A stretch of 64,000 bases of DNA from IMG/VR virus record IMGVR_UViG_3300006201_000010, positions 1 through 64,000 of that record; one strand, given 5' to 3'. Origin of the DNA: a virus. Its lineage: Duplodnaviria; Caudoviricetes. Positions 57,079-64,000 of the stretch are shown here, in pieces (positions within the stretch are counted from its first letter, which is position 1; each line of letters opens with the position of its first letter). The position numbers were made by a program, and so were the translations under genes. The notes beneath the pieces are model-generated. The model ran no database searches and was not told where the DNA came from. It saw only the letters and a program-made list of their open reading frames with translations.

Positions 57079-57747
57079 TTACCCCCAAATCAACCTATCT
57101 TGTCTGAAATCGTCGCCCATAATCTTGCGAAGGCTACCTTTCATAAAGACCCTTATTCCGCGCTTGTCGGCTTGCTCAACGATTCGGGTTATCCATTCCT
57201 TTTGCGGAATAATCTTACCTTTGCGGTTGCCTGTTTCCGCGCCGATTATAAGCTGACGCGTTCTACCCAAAATCGAAGACAAGTCAAGCGGTTCAAGTAT
57301 CGGCTCAATGCTAAGGAAGTCCGTTATCTCGTCTTCACCAAGCGCGTCGACCTGCGACTGCATTGTTATGGTCTTTCCGATAAAGAGCGGAAGTTTGCCT
57401 CCGTACTTCTTGCAGAATTCGTCCTGCTTTTTGTTGAATATGGCAATGTCGGTTTTGGTTAAAGCTATGTACTTGTGCTGAGGGAATAACTGCATTGCGA
57501 GCAGTACTTCTTCAAGCCATTCGTCCTTCCAAGTGCCTATGTCAGACATGCTGTCAATGAATATGCGCTTGGGCTTTTTGCTTTTAAGTTTCTTTAACTG
57601 TTCGGGTCTGTATTCGGGGCAAGCCCAGTTTTTTACATAATGGAAACGCTTATTCATAACATTGCCATAGCAGTATTTACAGCCATTCGGACAGCCCATT
57701 ACGGGGTTTACGGTGCTATCGCACCAGTCGATTTTAGTTTTGTTCAT
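57079..57747 (-). CDS. DUF5131 (gp37/gp68) family protein
   Basis: TKIDWCDSTVNPVMGCPNGCKYCY; FLSIEPIL; IIGAETG. Confidence 0.85.
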   Translation of the reverse strand: MNKTKIDWCDSTVNPVMGCPNGCKYCYGNVMNKRFHYVKNWACPEYRPEQLKKLKSKKPKRIFIDSMSDIGTWKDEWLEEVLLAMQLFPQHKYIALTKTDIAIFNKKQDEFCKKYGGKLPLFIGKTITMQSQVDALGEDEITDFLSIEPILEPLDLSSILGRTRQLIIGAETGNRKGKIIPQKEWITRIVEQADKRGIRVFMKGSLRKIMGDDFRQDRLIWG

Positions 57748-57768
57748 AAGTTTTCTTCTCGTTCCTTT

Positions 57769-57981
57769 TTAGAGTTTTGAGATCCGCAGAGCGGACGGCT
57801 TATATTGCCCGTTCCGTTGCGCAGTTCTCATACAGGTGTAACAGCAATAGCACTTTTGACCGTCCTTATAGACGTAATCCGCCCAGTTAAGGCGACAAAA
57901 CTTCTTACCACACGTCGGGCAAGTTTTTGTCATAAGGTCAACGCATCTTGTTGTTGCTTTTTTGGTCTTGGGCTTTTTCAA
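57769..57981 (-). CDS. Small zinc-finger protein
   Basis: CPTCGK...YCCYTC. Confidence 0.6.
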   Translation of the reverse strand: MKKPKTKKATTRCVDLMTKTCPTCGKKFCRLNWADYVYKDGQKCYCCYTCMRTAQRNGQYKPSALRISKL

Positions 57982-58655
57982 TTCAGTCCCCCATTGTTAT
58001 GTTCTAAGATTTCTTCAACGACTTCGTTCATTTCTTCTTCGCTGTCAACTGCATAGAGTGTAGAAATTGACACTTCGTATGCGATGCGATTTTCGATTCC
58101 GCTGTCAGTTGCTTTCTGATATTCGCGGCTTTGTATGCGCCCCACTACGACTATTCTGTCGCCGACTTCGAGCTTATCAACAAAGTTCGCGTTTCTGCCC
58201 CACGCTATGGCGGGTATGTAATCTGATTTTCCGTAAGAGCGGTTGACCGCAATTAAGAGGTCTGCGATTTCACGGTTCAGCGGTGTAATGCGGTAAACGG
58301 GCGGCTTGCAGATATAACCAGCAAGAATGATTTGGTTCGGGTTCTTACTGGTAGGCTCGTCCAAAAGTTCACGCACAAAGAATGTAAGGCAGAGCCTTGT
58401 TTTTCCGTCTATGATTTTGTTGTACGAGCGGAATTGCCCTACCGCGCAAATCTGCGCCCCCCCCCGTAACGTTTCAAGGTTTACAAGCCTTTCGGAAATC
58501 GTAACAGGCAAATTGTCCGTCTGCCCCGAAAGGCGCGGTACCTTTACGGTCATTTCGTAAAACTTTTCGCCGCGTTCTTCGTGAGAGAGTTTAGGTTCGC
58601 CGTCGATTTCGCCGCAAATGTACGCTCTGTTAGTTTTGTCTTTTAAGTTTTCCAT
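57978..58655 (-). CDS. ssb: Tandem-OB single-stranded DNA-binding protein (Clostridial type), with in-frame G9 (58457-58465)
   Basis: PRLSG..D.LP...GQFRSYN; RSYGKSDYIP.IAWGRNA; GRIQSREY. Confidence 0.9.
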   Translation of the reverse strand: MENLKDKTNRAYICGEIDGEPKLSHEERGEKFYEMTVKVPRLSGQTDNLPVTISERLVNLETLRGGAQICAVGQFRSYNKIIDGKTRLCLTFFVRELLDEPTSKNPNQIILAGYICKPPVYRITPLNREIADLLIAVNRSYGKSDYIPAIAWGRNANFVDKLEVGDRIVVVGRIQSREYQKATDSGIENRIAYEVSISTLYAVDSEEEMNEVVEEILEHNNGGLN

Positions 58656-58683
58656 AGGTTTTTATGTTCCTCCAAAAATATTG

Positions 58684-59506
58684 TCAAATAGTGAATAATG
58701 ATATTTGCCCGCCCGACGAAATATTGTTCAGTCGGTCTTTGGCTATCTTTGCCCACTTGGGATCTATCTCAAAACCCAAGTAGTTTAGTCCTAAATTCTT
58801 TGCCGCTACGCAGGTTGTACCGCTCCCGGCGAAAGGGTCAAATATGAGTGCCCCCCCCCCCGCAAGCGTGCTGTAAATGCCTTGTTACGAGCGGTAGCGG
58901 TTTAATCGTCGGGTGCTCAAATTTATCTTTATCGCCCTTGTTTGCGCCCGATACAAACCACTTGCTTTTGAATTCATATCCGTCATTGAGTGGTACGCCC
59001 TTTTCGCGGAAGAAAAGGCAGTATTCAATATCGGGTAGCCAACTGTTATTTGTCTGCGGCGTAGGGTTTGTTTTGTTCCAAGTTAAGAGTTCAAACAAAC
59101 AGCCCTTTTGGTCAATGAAGTATTTCATTATGTCGAGCAGTTGTAACTTACTGCACCAAATGAAAACATTTATCTTTTTGAGCACTCGGCAGAATTCGTC
59201 GAGAATTGCATAGTCAATTCCATTTTCAATGGACTGTCCTTCTTGCTCGCGTTCTCCCCTTTTGGCTTGCTTTAACATTTCGCCGTAAGTCATTCCATTT
59301 AAAGCGGCGCGCGAATCGTCGTACCCCATAAGCCTTAACCGTTTCTTGGCTGTTCTCTCGCCAAGTTCACTGCTACCACTACCGCCTTGTTGATACAGGT
59401 AAGGTATATCCGTGTAAATACAGTCAATACTCTTATCGGGAATGCGCTTTATGGCTTCGTATGCGTCAACGCATTGTATTGAGTTTTCTTCAAAGGGTCC
59501 TATCAT
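58684..59506 (-). pseudogene. DNA methyltransferase (beta class), frameshifted at G11 (58851-58861); probably phase-variable
   Basis: N-part TDIPY, HPTIKP; other frame continues ALIFDPFAGSGTT...GFEID...QISLFTI*; G10 gives 273 aa. Confidence 0.88.
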
Positions 59507-59790
59507 ACGCAAGCGGTAGCAACTTTGTAAAATTTAAGGTTCTGTTCGGAATAGGTAAATTTAACGTCAATTCCCTTTTTCTTCATTCTCTCGACAATCT
59601 CGTCAGGACCGTGGCGGCGAATTAAAGTCTTTATGTACTGCTCGGTTGTTCCGAGATATTCAGCCAACTTCGCACAAGTCAAGTTCTTTTCAAGCGGAGA
59701 GAAACTGCAACACTCGCCCTTTTTGCAAGGACGCACCGAGGGTTCACAGTTTACAATGTGCTGGCAGTTCCAGCATAAGTTTCCTTCCAT
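59503..59790 (-). CDS. Cys-rich HTH-like hypothetical protein
   Basis: CWNC..C..C..C and LAEYLGTTEQYI. Confidence 0.55.
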   Translation of the reverse strand: MEGNLCWNCQHIVNCEPSVRPCKKGECCSFSPLEKNLTCAKLAEYLGTTEQYIKTLIRRHGPDEIVERMKKKGIDVKFTYSEQNLKFYKVATACV

Positions 59791-59795
59791 TGCAA

Positions 59796-60215
59796 CTAAA
59801 CCCCCGTTCCAGACTTCGGCACCTCGTCGTCAATGTCATTTTCCATAAACGGTTCGTAAGTGTCTTTGAAGAATTCGCCGAGCTTGATTTTCATTTGACC
59901 GTCGCGCCCAGCCTTTTTGTCCATAGTGCGAATGGTTTTTAAAAGGTTAAACACATGCTTGTACAAATGCGTAGTTACGGTGTCCGATTCTTCTTTCGTG
60001 CAAACATAATAACCGCCTTCATACGAGCCTATAACCTTTTCGAGTTCACCGCTATTGCGGATTTCCCGAATGTGTACACGCAGCGTGCGTTTAGACATAC
60101 CAAACATTGCGCTCAAATCTTTTGCGCTGATGGCATTTTCCTTGCCGACGTGATTTTTCAGCTCGTCATAAAGACGGTAAGTGATACTTTCGTGGTGTTT
60201 AGTTTTAATCCCCAT
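59796..60215 (-). CDS. Winged-helix DNA-binding protein
   Basis: AISAKDLSAMFGMSKRTLR..IREIR...GGYY. Confidence 0.65.
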   Translation of the reverse strand: MGIKTKHHESITYRLYDELKNHVGKENAISAKDLSAMFGMSKRTLRVHIREIRNSGELEKVIGSYEGGYYVCTKEESDTVTTHLYKHVFNLLKTIRTMDKKAGRDGQMKIKLGEFFKDTYEPFMENDIDDEVPKSGTGV

Positions 60216-60254
60216 ATTGTCAATCCTTTTAATAGTTTCTTTTGATTACCGCGC

Positions 60255-60452
60255 TTAGTCGTTCTCGGCGAGATAATCAATGCTTACCCCAAGCACATTT
60301 GAAATAGATTTCGCTATCACAAGAGAAGGTACTTTGTAACCGCTCTCAAAATTGCAGTAAGCAGGCTGAGAAACACCTATTGCTCTGGCTACTTCTCTTT
60401 GAGTTAAGCCTTTCTTTTCTCTTGCTGTTTTAAGTCTGTCGGAAACAGCCAT
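60255..60452 (-). CDS. Cro-like XRE regulator
   Basis: LK.AR..KGLTQ.EVA..IGVSQ..Y...E.G...PS; first gene of the lytic operon. Confidence 0.88.
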   Translation of the reverse strand: MAVSDRLKTAREKKGLTQREVARAIGVSQPAYCNFESGYKVPSLVIAKSISNVLGVSIDYLAEND

Positions 60453-60485
60453 TTTTTTGAACTTCCTCCTTTAAAATGTGCTTTT

Positions 60486-60503
60486 GATAACCTATCGGTT
60501 ATT
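60486..60503. promoter_or_regulatory. Operator (GATAACC-N4-GGTTATT)
   Basis: Near-palindrome overlapping the -35 of the rightward promoter. Confidence 0.6.
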
Positions 60504-60530
60504 GACAAGTAGGGACTTTTGTGGTAAAAT
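60502..60530 (+). promoter_or_regulatory. Rightward (repressor/lysogenic) promoter
   Basis: TTGACA-17-TAAAAT. Confidence 0.7.
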
Positions 60531-60628
60531 ACTTTCGCTACAAAGAATTATCAAAAAAGCCTACTTGCCAATAAACTGCCCCCACTTTGCGTTTTCGGGG
60601 GTGGTAGGTTTTGGTTATCGTCTTTTTT

Positions 60629-60644
60629 GATAACCTTGGTTATC
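60629..60644. promoter_or_regulatory. Operator (GATAACC-TT-GGTTATC)
   Basis: Perfect inverted half-sites over the +1 region of the leftward promoter; extra half-site at 60613-60619. Confidence 0.7.
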
Positions 60645-60673
60645 ATTATATAGGAACTTTCCTGCATTGTCAA
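60645..60673 (-). promoter_or_regulatory. Leftward lytic promoter
   Basis: Perfect TTGACA-17-TATAAT. Confidence 0.8.
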
Positions 60674-60720
60674 CTATTTTTGCAGGAAATTTTCTAAATT
60701 ATTTTTTTAGGAGAATTACT

Positions 60721-61137
60721 ATGGATAAAGCAACTGAAATCATTATTGAACTTATGACACAACGCGGACTTTCCGCCCGCCAGTTAGAATCGTCGGCTAA
60801 TTTATCGAATGCAAGCATTCAGGCGTGGAAAAGCGGAAAGGCACGCCCCTCGGTAGATGCACTTGTTAAGCTGTCGGACTACTTTGGTGTATCGGTTGAC
60901 TTCCTTTTGGGTCACGAAGTGCAAGAAAAAAAGTCGTCCCTTACGGAACGACCTGCTTATGATATTGCCGAAAAGTTTGTTAGCGAGTTCGGCTCACTGC
61001 TCTCGGAAAAGAATTTTATAGACTTCACAAAGCTCTACAATGTAATGAACGAGAACCAGAAGACGTTTTTACTTGCCAGAACGATAGGAATGTTGAATGG
61101 GCAAGGTATAAATACTCAAGCCATTGTCGGCTACTAA
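60721..61137 (+). CDS. CI-like XRE repressor
   Basis: GLSARQL...A.LS...I..WKSGK..PSVD.L.KLSDYFGVSVDFLLG; AGGAG RBS. Confidence 0.85.
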   Translation: MDKATEIIIELMTQRGLSARQLESSANLSNASIQAWKSGKARPSVDALVKLSDYFGVSVDFLLGHEVQEKKSSLTERPAYDIAEKFVSEFGSLLSEKNFIDFTKLYNVMNENQKTFLLARTIGMLNGQGINTQAIVGY

Positions 61138-61158
61138 TTTTTAACGGGGGTAAAAAGT

Positions 61159-61794
61159 ATGAAATCTATGTTTAAGAAATTGTTAATTGTTGCTTTTGCT
61201 GTGCTGTCGGCTACTCTTACACTCTTATTTGCTGGCTGTACAGACAATGACGATAGCTTGCAAGCTGAATTTGCCAAGTACCTTTCACTCGATAAGAAAA
61301 ACGGCACCTACGCAATGAATTCGGAAACAAAGGTTAGCCTTTTCTCTTTCGATATGACGGACGATACGCTTCCGAAGTTCTGCATTGAATTTAATATTGA
61401 AGATAAGCCCCTTTCTGAATGGCTCGAACTGTCAAACGAGAAAAGAAAGGGTGACTTGAAAGCTATCGCGGTGTCGGCGCAGAACTTTATTGTGTTGAAA
61501 GATTATAGCAACCGTTGTCAGATATACATTTCGGTCATATACAGTCCCGGCACGCAGTCCATATACGATTTGAACAAGGATACGCTGTACGTTCCGAATT
61601 GTGACAGTATTTTTTCGGAAATGTACAAAACCTACTCTACTTGCAGTCTAAATGAAGTAAGGGAAAGACCTACTGGACCCGACTGGCTCGCAAATAGAAA
61701 CATTAAAGGTTCAAGCGACCTTGAATCAATGTGGGTTTATGTAAGTAATGGCGCACTGAAAATATCAGGCGAATCCAAATCGACAGCTGTTTAA
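61159..61794 (+). CDS. Lipoprotein (candidate superinfection exclusion)
   Basis: Signal peptide with lipobox LFAG-C; between repressor and integrase. Confidence 0.65.
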   Translation: MKSMFKKLLIVAFAVLSATLTLLFAGCTDNDDSLQAEFAKYLSLDKKNGTYAMNSETKVSLFSFDMTDDTLPKFCIEFNIEDKPLSEWLELSNEKRKGDLKAIAVSAQNFIVLKDYSNRCQIYISVIYSPGTQSIYDLNKDTLYVPNCDSIFSEMYKTYSTCSLNEVRERPTGPDWLANRNIKGSSDLESMWVYVSNGALKISGESKSTAV

Positions 61795-61882
61795 ACTACC
61801 CCACCGCCGTGCTTTATTGAGCCGATTACTCGATTAAAGTATAATTTCCCTTACGAATTTATTTTTGGAGGAAATTATACAA

Positions 61883-63241
61883 ATGAACCAATTTATCAAA
61901 GACTGCTTATCGAACATTGCCAAAAATTCGGAAGCCATTTCTGCCGCCTCGCAGGGCATAAACACAGCCGTCATAGCTATTTTAGGCTATACTGCCGGGC
62001 AACAGGACGCGCAAGACTTTGGTGGTATCTTTAATGCAGCAGAATCGTTAAACTCTTTTACTCAGGTAGAGAATGGGTCGCAAAATATCGTTTCGGTAAA
62101 ACCTTTAATTGAGGTGATAAAAGAAATGATAATTGAACTCAAACTCAAAGGCTCAGTCCGCGAACGTGAAAACGGGCTGATTGAATTCCGTAACCAACAA
62201 CTCGGTTCGACTTACGGGAGGGACGAAAATGAAATAAAAGAAAAGTTATTAAGGAAAATTCGGGCACTGAAAAGCCACAGAAAATTACCGCAACAGCAAA
62301 ATAAGAAAAAATTCCCTTTACTCTCGGAATTCTATACGCAACGCTACTTGCCTTATAAACAGAGCCAAAAGCGAGCAGAAAACACTTTAAAGGGAATTGA
62401 GTACAACTATAAGTACATAATTGAGCAAGGCTTTGATAAGCCACTCAACGAGTACACGGCGAAAGACATTAAGGACTTCCTTTTTGCGATAGATAAGACA
62501 AGGAAACGCCAGATTATTCAGGGAATGCTCAACAACCTTTTCAAATACGCAGTGTCGGAATCGCTCTTAACGGTAAACCCCTGCACCGCCATTGAAAAAA
62601 TGGAGCATGATACGAATATGGGCACGTCCTTTTCATTTGTCGAGCAAGCGCGATATTTCAAAAGGCTTTTTGCGGACGAGAAAATCAACTACCAGCTTAA
62701 ATGCTATTATATTTTTACATATTTGGTCGGCAGTCGAAGAAATGAGGGTCTTGACGTTATTTTTTTGGACGCGGATATGGAAGAAAAGCTCTTAAAAGTG
62801 AACGGCACCAAAACCGACGGATCGCTTAGACAAATTCCTTTATTTCCGTTCGTTGAAAAACTGCTCTCTACTCTTACCCCCAACAAGAAAGGTCGTTACT
62901 TCCCTTTTACCGAGCGGGCCGCAGATGGTGTGTTCAGTAAGTTTATGAAAGAATTAGGAATGGACCATAAACTTCACGACCTGCGCCACTCGTTCGGCAC
63001 TATTCAAATCTGCTGTAATAAAATAGACGTTAAAACCGTTTCGCTTTGGATGGGGCATTCCAACATTGAAACTACTTTAAAGTACTATACCCACCCTGAG
63101 CAACTCGATAAGGCGACTTTTTTACGCGGCGATTTGTCGGAAGACGAGAAAACGGTCATTTATAAGGGTAAATATGCCGAAATACTGCAGTTGATAGATA
63201 GTTTTCTAACCGCTCATACCCAAAATATACCCAAAAAATAA
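61883..63241 (+). CDS. int: Tyrosine integrase
   Basis: Catalytic R (GSRRNE), K (GTKT), HDLRH, MGHS, YY; GGAGG RBS. Confidence 0.93.
   Translation: MNQFIKDCLSNIAKNSEAISAASQGINTAVIAILGYTAGQQDAQDFGGIFNAAESLNSFTQVENGSQNIVSVKPLIEVIKEMIIELKLKGSVRERENGLIEFRNQQLGSTYGRDENEIKEKLLRKIRALKSHRKLPQQQNKKKFPLLSEFYTQRYLPYKQSQKRAENTLKGIEYNYKYIIEQGFDKPLNEYTAKDIKDFLFAIDKTRKRQIIQGMLNNLFKYAVSESLLTVNPCTAIEKMEHDTNMGTSFSFVEQARYFKRLFADEKINYQLKCYYIFTYLVGSRRNEGLDVIFLDADMEEKLLKVNGTKTDGSLRQIPLFPFVEKLLSTLTPNKKGRYFPFTERAADGVFSKFMKELGMDHKLHDLRHSFGTIQICCNKIDVKTVSLWMGHSNIETTLKYYTHPEQLDKATFLRGDLSEDEKTVIYKGKYAEILQLIDSFLTAHTQNIPKK
63217..63236 (+). repeat. Integrase arm-type sites (left)
   Basis: TACCCAAAA twice with 11-bp period, in the last integrase codons. 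Confidence 0.65.
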
Positions 63242-63332
63242 CGAAAAATCCCCCGATTTATCGTGTTCGGGGTGTTCCAAAACACGGAATCGGGGGACAA
63301 AACAATATCAAAAATATTGAATTTTACTGATT

Positions 63333-63391
63333 TGGCGCGGAGAAGAGGATTTGAACCTCCGGACGGGTATTAGCCGTCACACGATTTCCAA
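63333..63391 (-). other. att core: 3' half of tRNA-Ser(GGA), starting in the anticodon loop
   Basis: TTGGAAATCGTG-variable arm-GGAGGTTCAAATCCTCT-TCTCCGCG-CCA; no tRNA 5' half upstream. Confidence 0.85.
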
Positions 63392-63491
63392 ACATACCGC
63401 ATTTTTGGGCTATTTTAGCCTATTTTTGCCCTATTGAATAGGGTTTTTGAAATTTTGAATACGGAATTTGCAAAAACAGCCCGAAAATGGC

Positions 63492-63520
63492 TTGCCTTTT
63501 TTCTCGGCTTTAAGTACAAT
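63492..63520 (+). promoter_or_regulatory. Promoter of tRNA-Ser
   Basis: TTGCCT-17-TACAAT, 11 nt upstream of the tRNA. Confidence 0.6.
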
Positions 63521-63531
63521 GTTAGAGTAAT

Positions 63532-63619
63532 GCAGAGATGGCTGAGCGGTTTAAGGCGCACGATTGGAAATCGTGAGAGGTGAAAGCCTTCGGGGGTTCA
63601 AATCCCCCTTTCCGCGCCA
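63532..63619 (+). tRNA. tRNA-Ser (GGA)
   Basis: 88-nt class II cloverleaf, CACGA-TTGGAAA-TCGTG anticodon arm, long variable arm, encoded CCA; A3:C70 mismatch. Confidence 0.88.
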
Positions 63620-63672
63620 TATTTAACAAAATACTTTAAAAATCAAGCAGTTTTACCAACACACGATTTTCG

Positions 63673-63692
63673 TACCCATTTTGTACCCAAAG
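63673..63692 (+). repeat. Integrase arm-type sites (right)
   Basis: TACCCATTT and TACCCAAAG with 11-bp period, same orientation as the left pair. Confidence 0.6.
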
Positions 63693-63705
63693 TTTAACGA
63701 TAGAC

Positions 63706-63733
63706 AAAATCGGCTCATTTGAGCCGATTTTTT
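63706..63733. terminator. Bidirectional intrinsic terminator
   Basis: AAAATCGGCTC-att-(T)GAGCCGATTTTTT. Confidence 0.7.
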
Positions 63734-63831
63734 TCATTACAGCGACAGAAAAATGAATAATCGCCGCACGATTAGGCGCGACGACTATCCGAGAGAATAT
63801 ATGACAACCTTGGGGGATATGGGTATGCAGA

Positions 63832-63999
63832 TTATCTTAAATGCAGCAAGAGTTTATTTAGAACTTCTGTGGACGGCTTTTCTTTGTCCATTTCGTAAGC
63901 GAGAATATCTTCCTGCGGTATGTCTGTAATCTTTGACAGGGTTTCAACCGAGAAATGCTTTTGCTGGCGCAGAGTACGCAGTTTTAAAGCCAGCGGCGA
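63832..63999 (-). CDS. XRE-family HTH protein, 3' part (runs off the window)
   Basis: ...LKLRTLRQQKHFSVETLSKITDIPQEDILAYEMDKEKPSTEVLNKLL...*. Confidence 0.7.
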   Translation of the reverse strand, partial: SPLALKLRTLRQQKHFSVETLSKITDIPQEDILAYEMDKEKPSTEVLNKLLLHLR

Positions 64000-64000
64000 C

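Larger units (their letters stand above)
1..64000 (-). mobile_element. Temperate siphovirus-like phage genome (partial), probably the excised/virion form
   Basis: Integrase, cI/cro switch, replication, packaging, head and tail modules in canonical order. No host housekeeping genes. att core has arm repeats on both sides. Confidence 0.95.

Noticed and set aside
587-59942. Numerous plus-strand ORFs (e.g. 587-928, 10215-10685, 14158-15000, 37803-38441)
   Set aside because: Antisense shadows of long minus-strand genes, with no RBS or recognisable motifs.
63333-63391. tRNA fragment as a prophage attL junction
   Set aside because: The adjoining sequence has no tRNA 5' half in that orientation, and arm-like repeats occur on both sides, which fits attP better.
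63755-63930. Short plus-strand ORF MNNRRTIRRDD...
   Set aside because: Overlaps the antisense XRE gene end; no RBS or motif support.
1-64000. DGR template repeat or reverse transcriptase inside the window
   Set aside because: I found no third copy of the VR block, no AAC-rich TR and no YxDD RT ORF by eye; presumed outside the window.
1-64000. CRISPR array
   Set aside because: No regularly spaced repeat-spacer series; the 65-bp repeat has only two exact copies, 13 kb apart.

Overview
The window holds most of a temperate, long-tailed (siphovirus-like) phage genome, probably from a gut Firmicutes/Clostridia host (host is inference). Almost all genes lie on the minus strand. Read right to left: tyrosine integrase with an apparently intact attP (3' half of tRNA-Ser(GGA) with arm repeats on both sides), a phage tRNA-Ser, a cI/cro switch, a long early/middle region (RecT/YqaJ, replisome organiser, three SSBs, seven DNA methyltransferases, PAPS-reductase-family, radical SAM, DUF5131, ASCH, HNH, GIY-YIG), then an SPbeta-like head and tail module with a tRNA-fMet and holin, ending in a DUF6273-type tail protein. 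Three main signals stand out. (1) Seven G9-G11 tracts lie on the coding strand, five of them in or just upstream of DNA-modification genes. Three currently frameshift their genes; one of these switches both subunits of a nested alpha/beta C5 methyltransferase. A fourth, in-frame tract sits just before a sliding-clamp-like motif. This suggests a phase-variable phage DNA-modification arsenal. (2) Two genes 48 kb apart carry DGR-type variable regions that differ only at codon positions 1 and 2, each followed by a hairpin: a tail protein and a non-structural early protein. The template repeat and reverse transcriptase were not found in the window. (3) A structured, terminator-like RNA element recurs three times in the late operon. 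Product names come from motif recognition only; no database searches were run, and homopolymer lengths could be sequencing artefacts.
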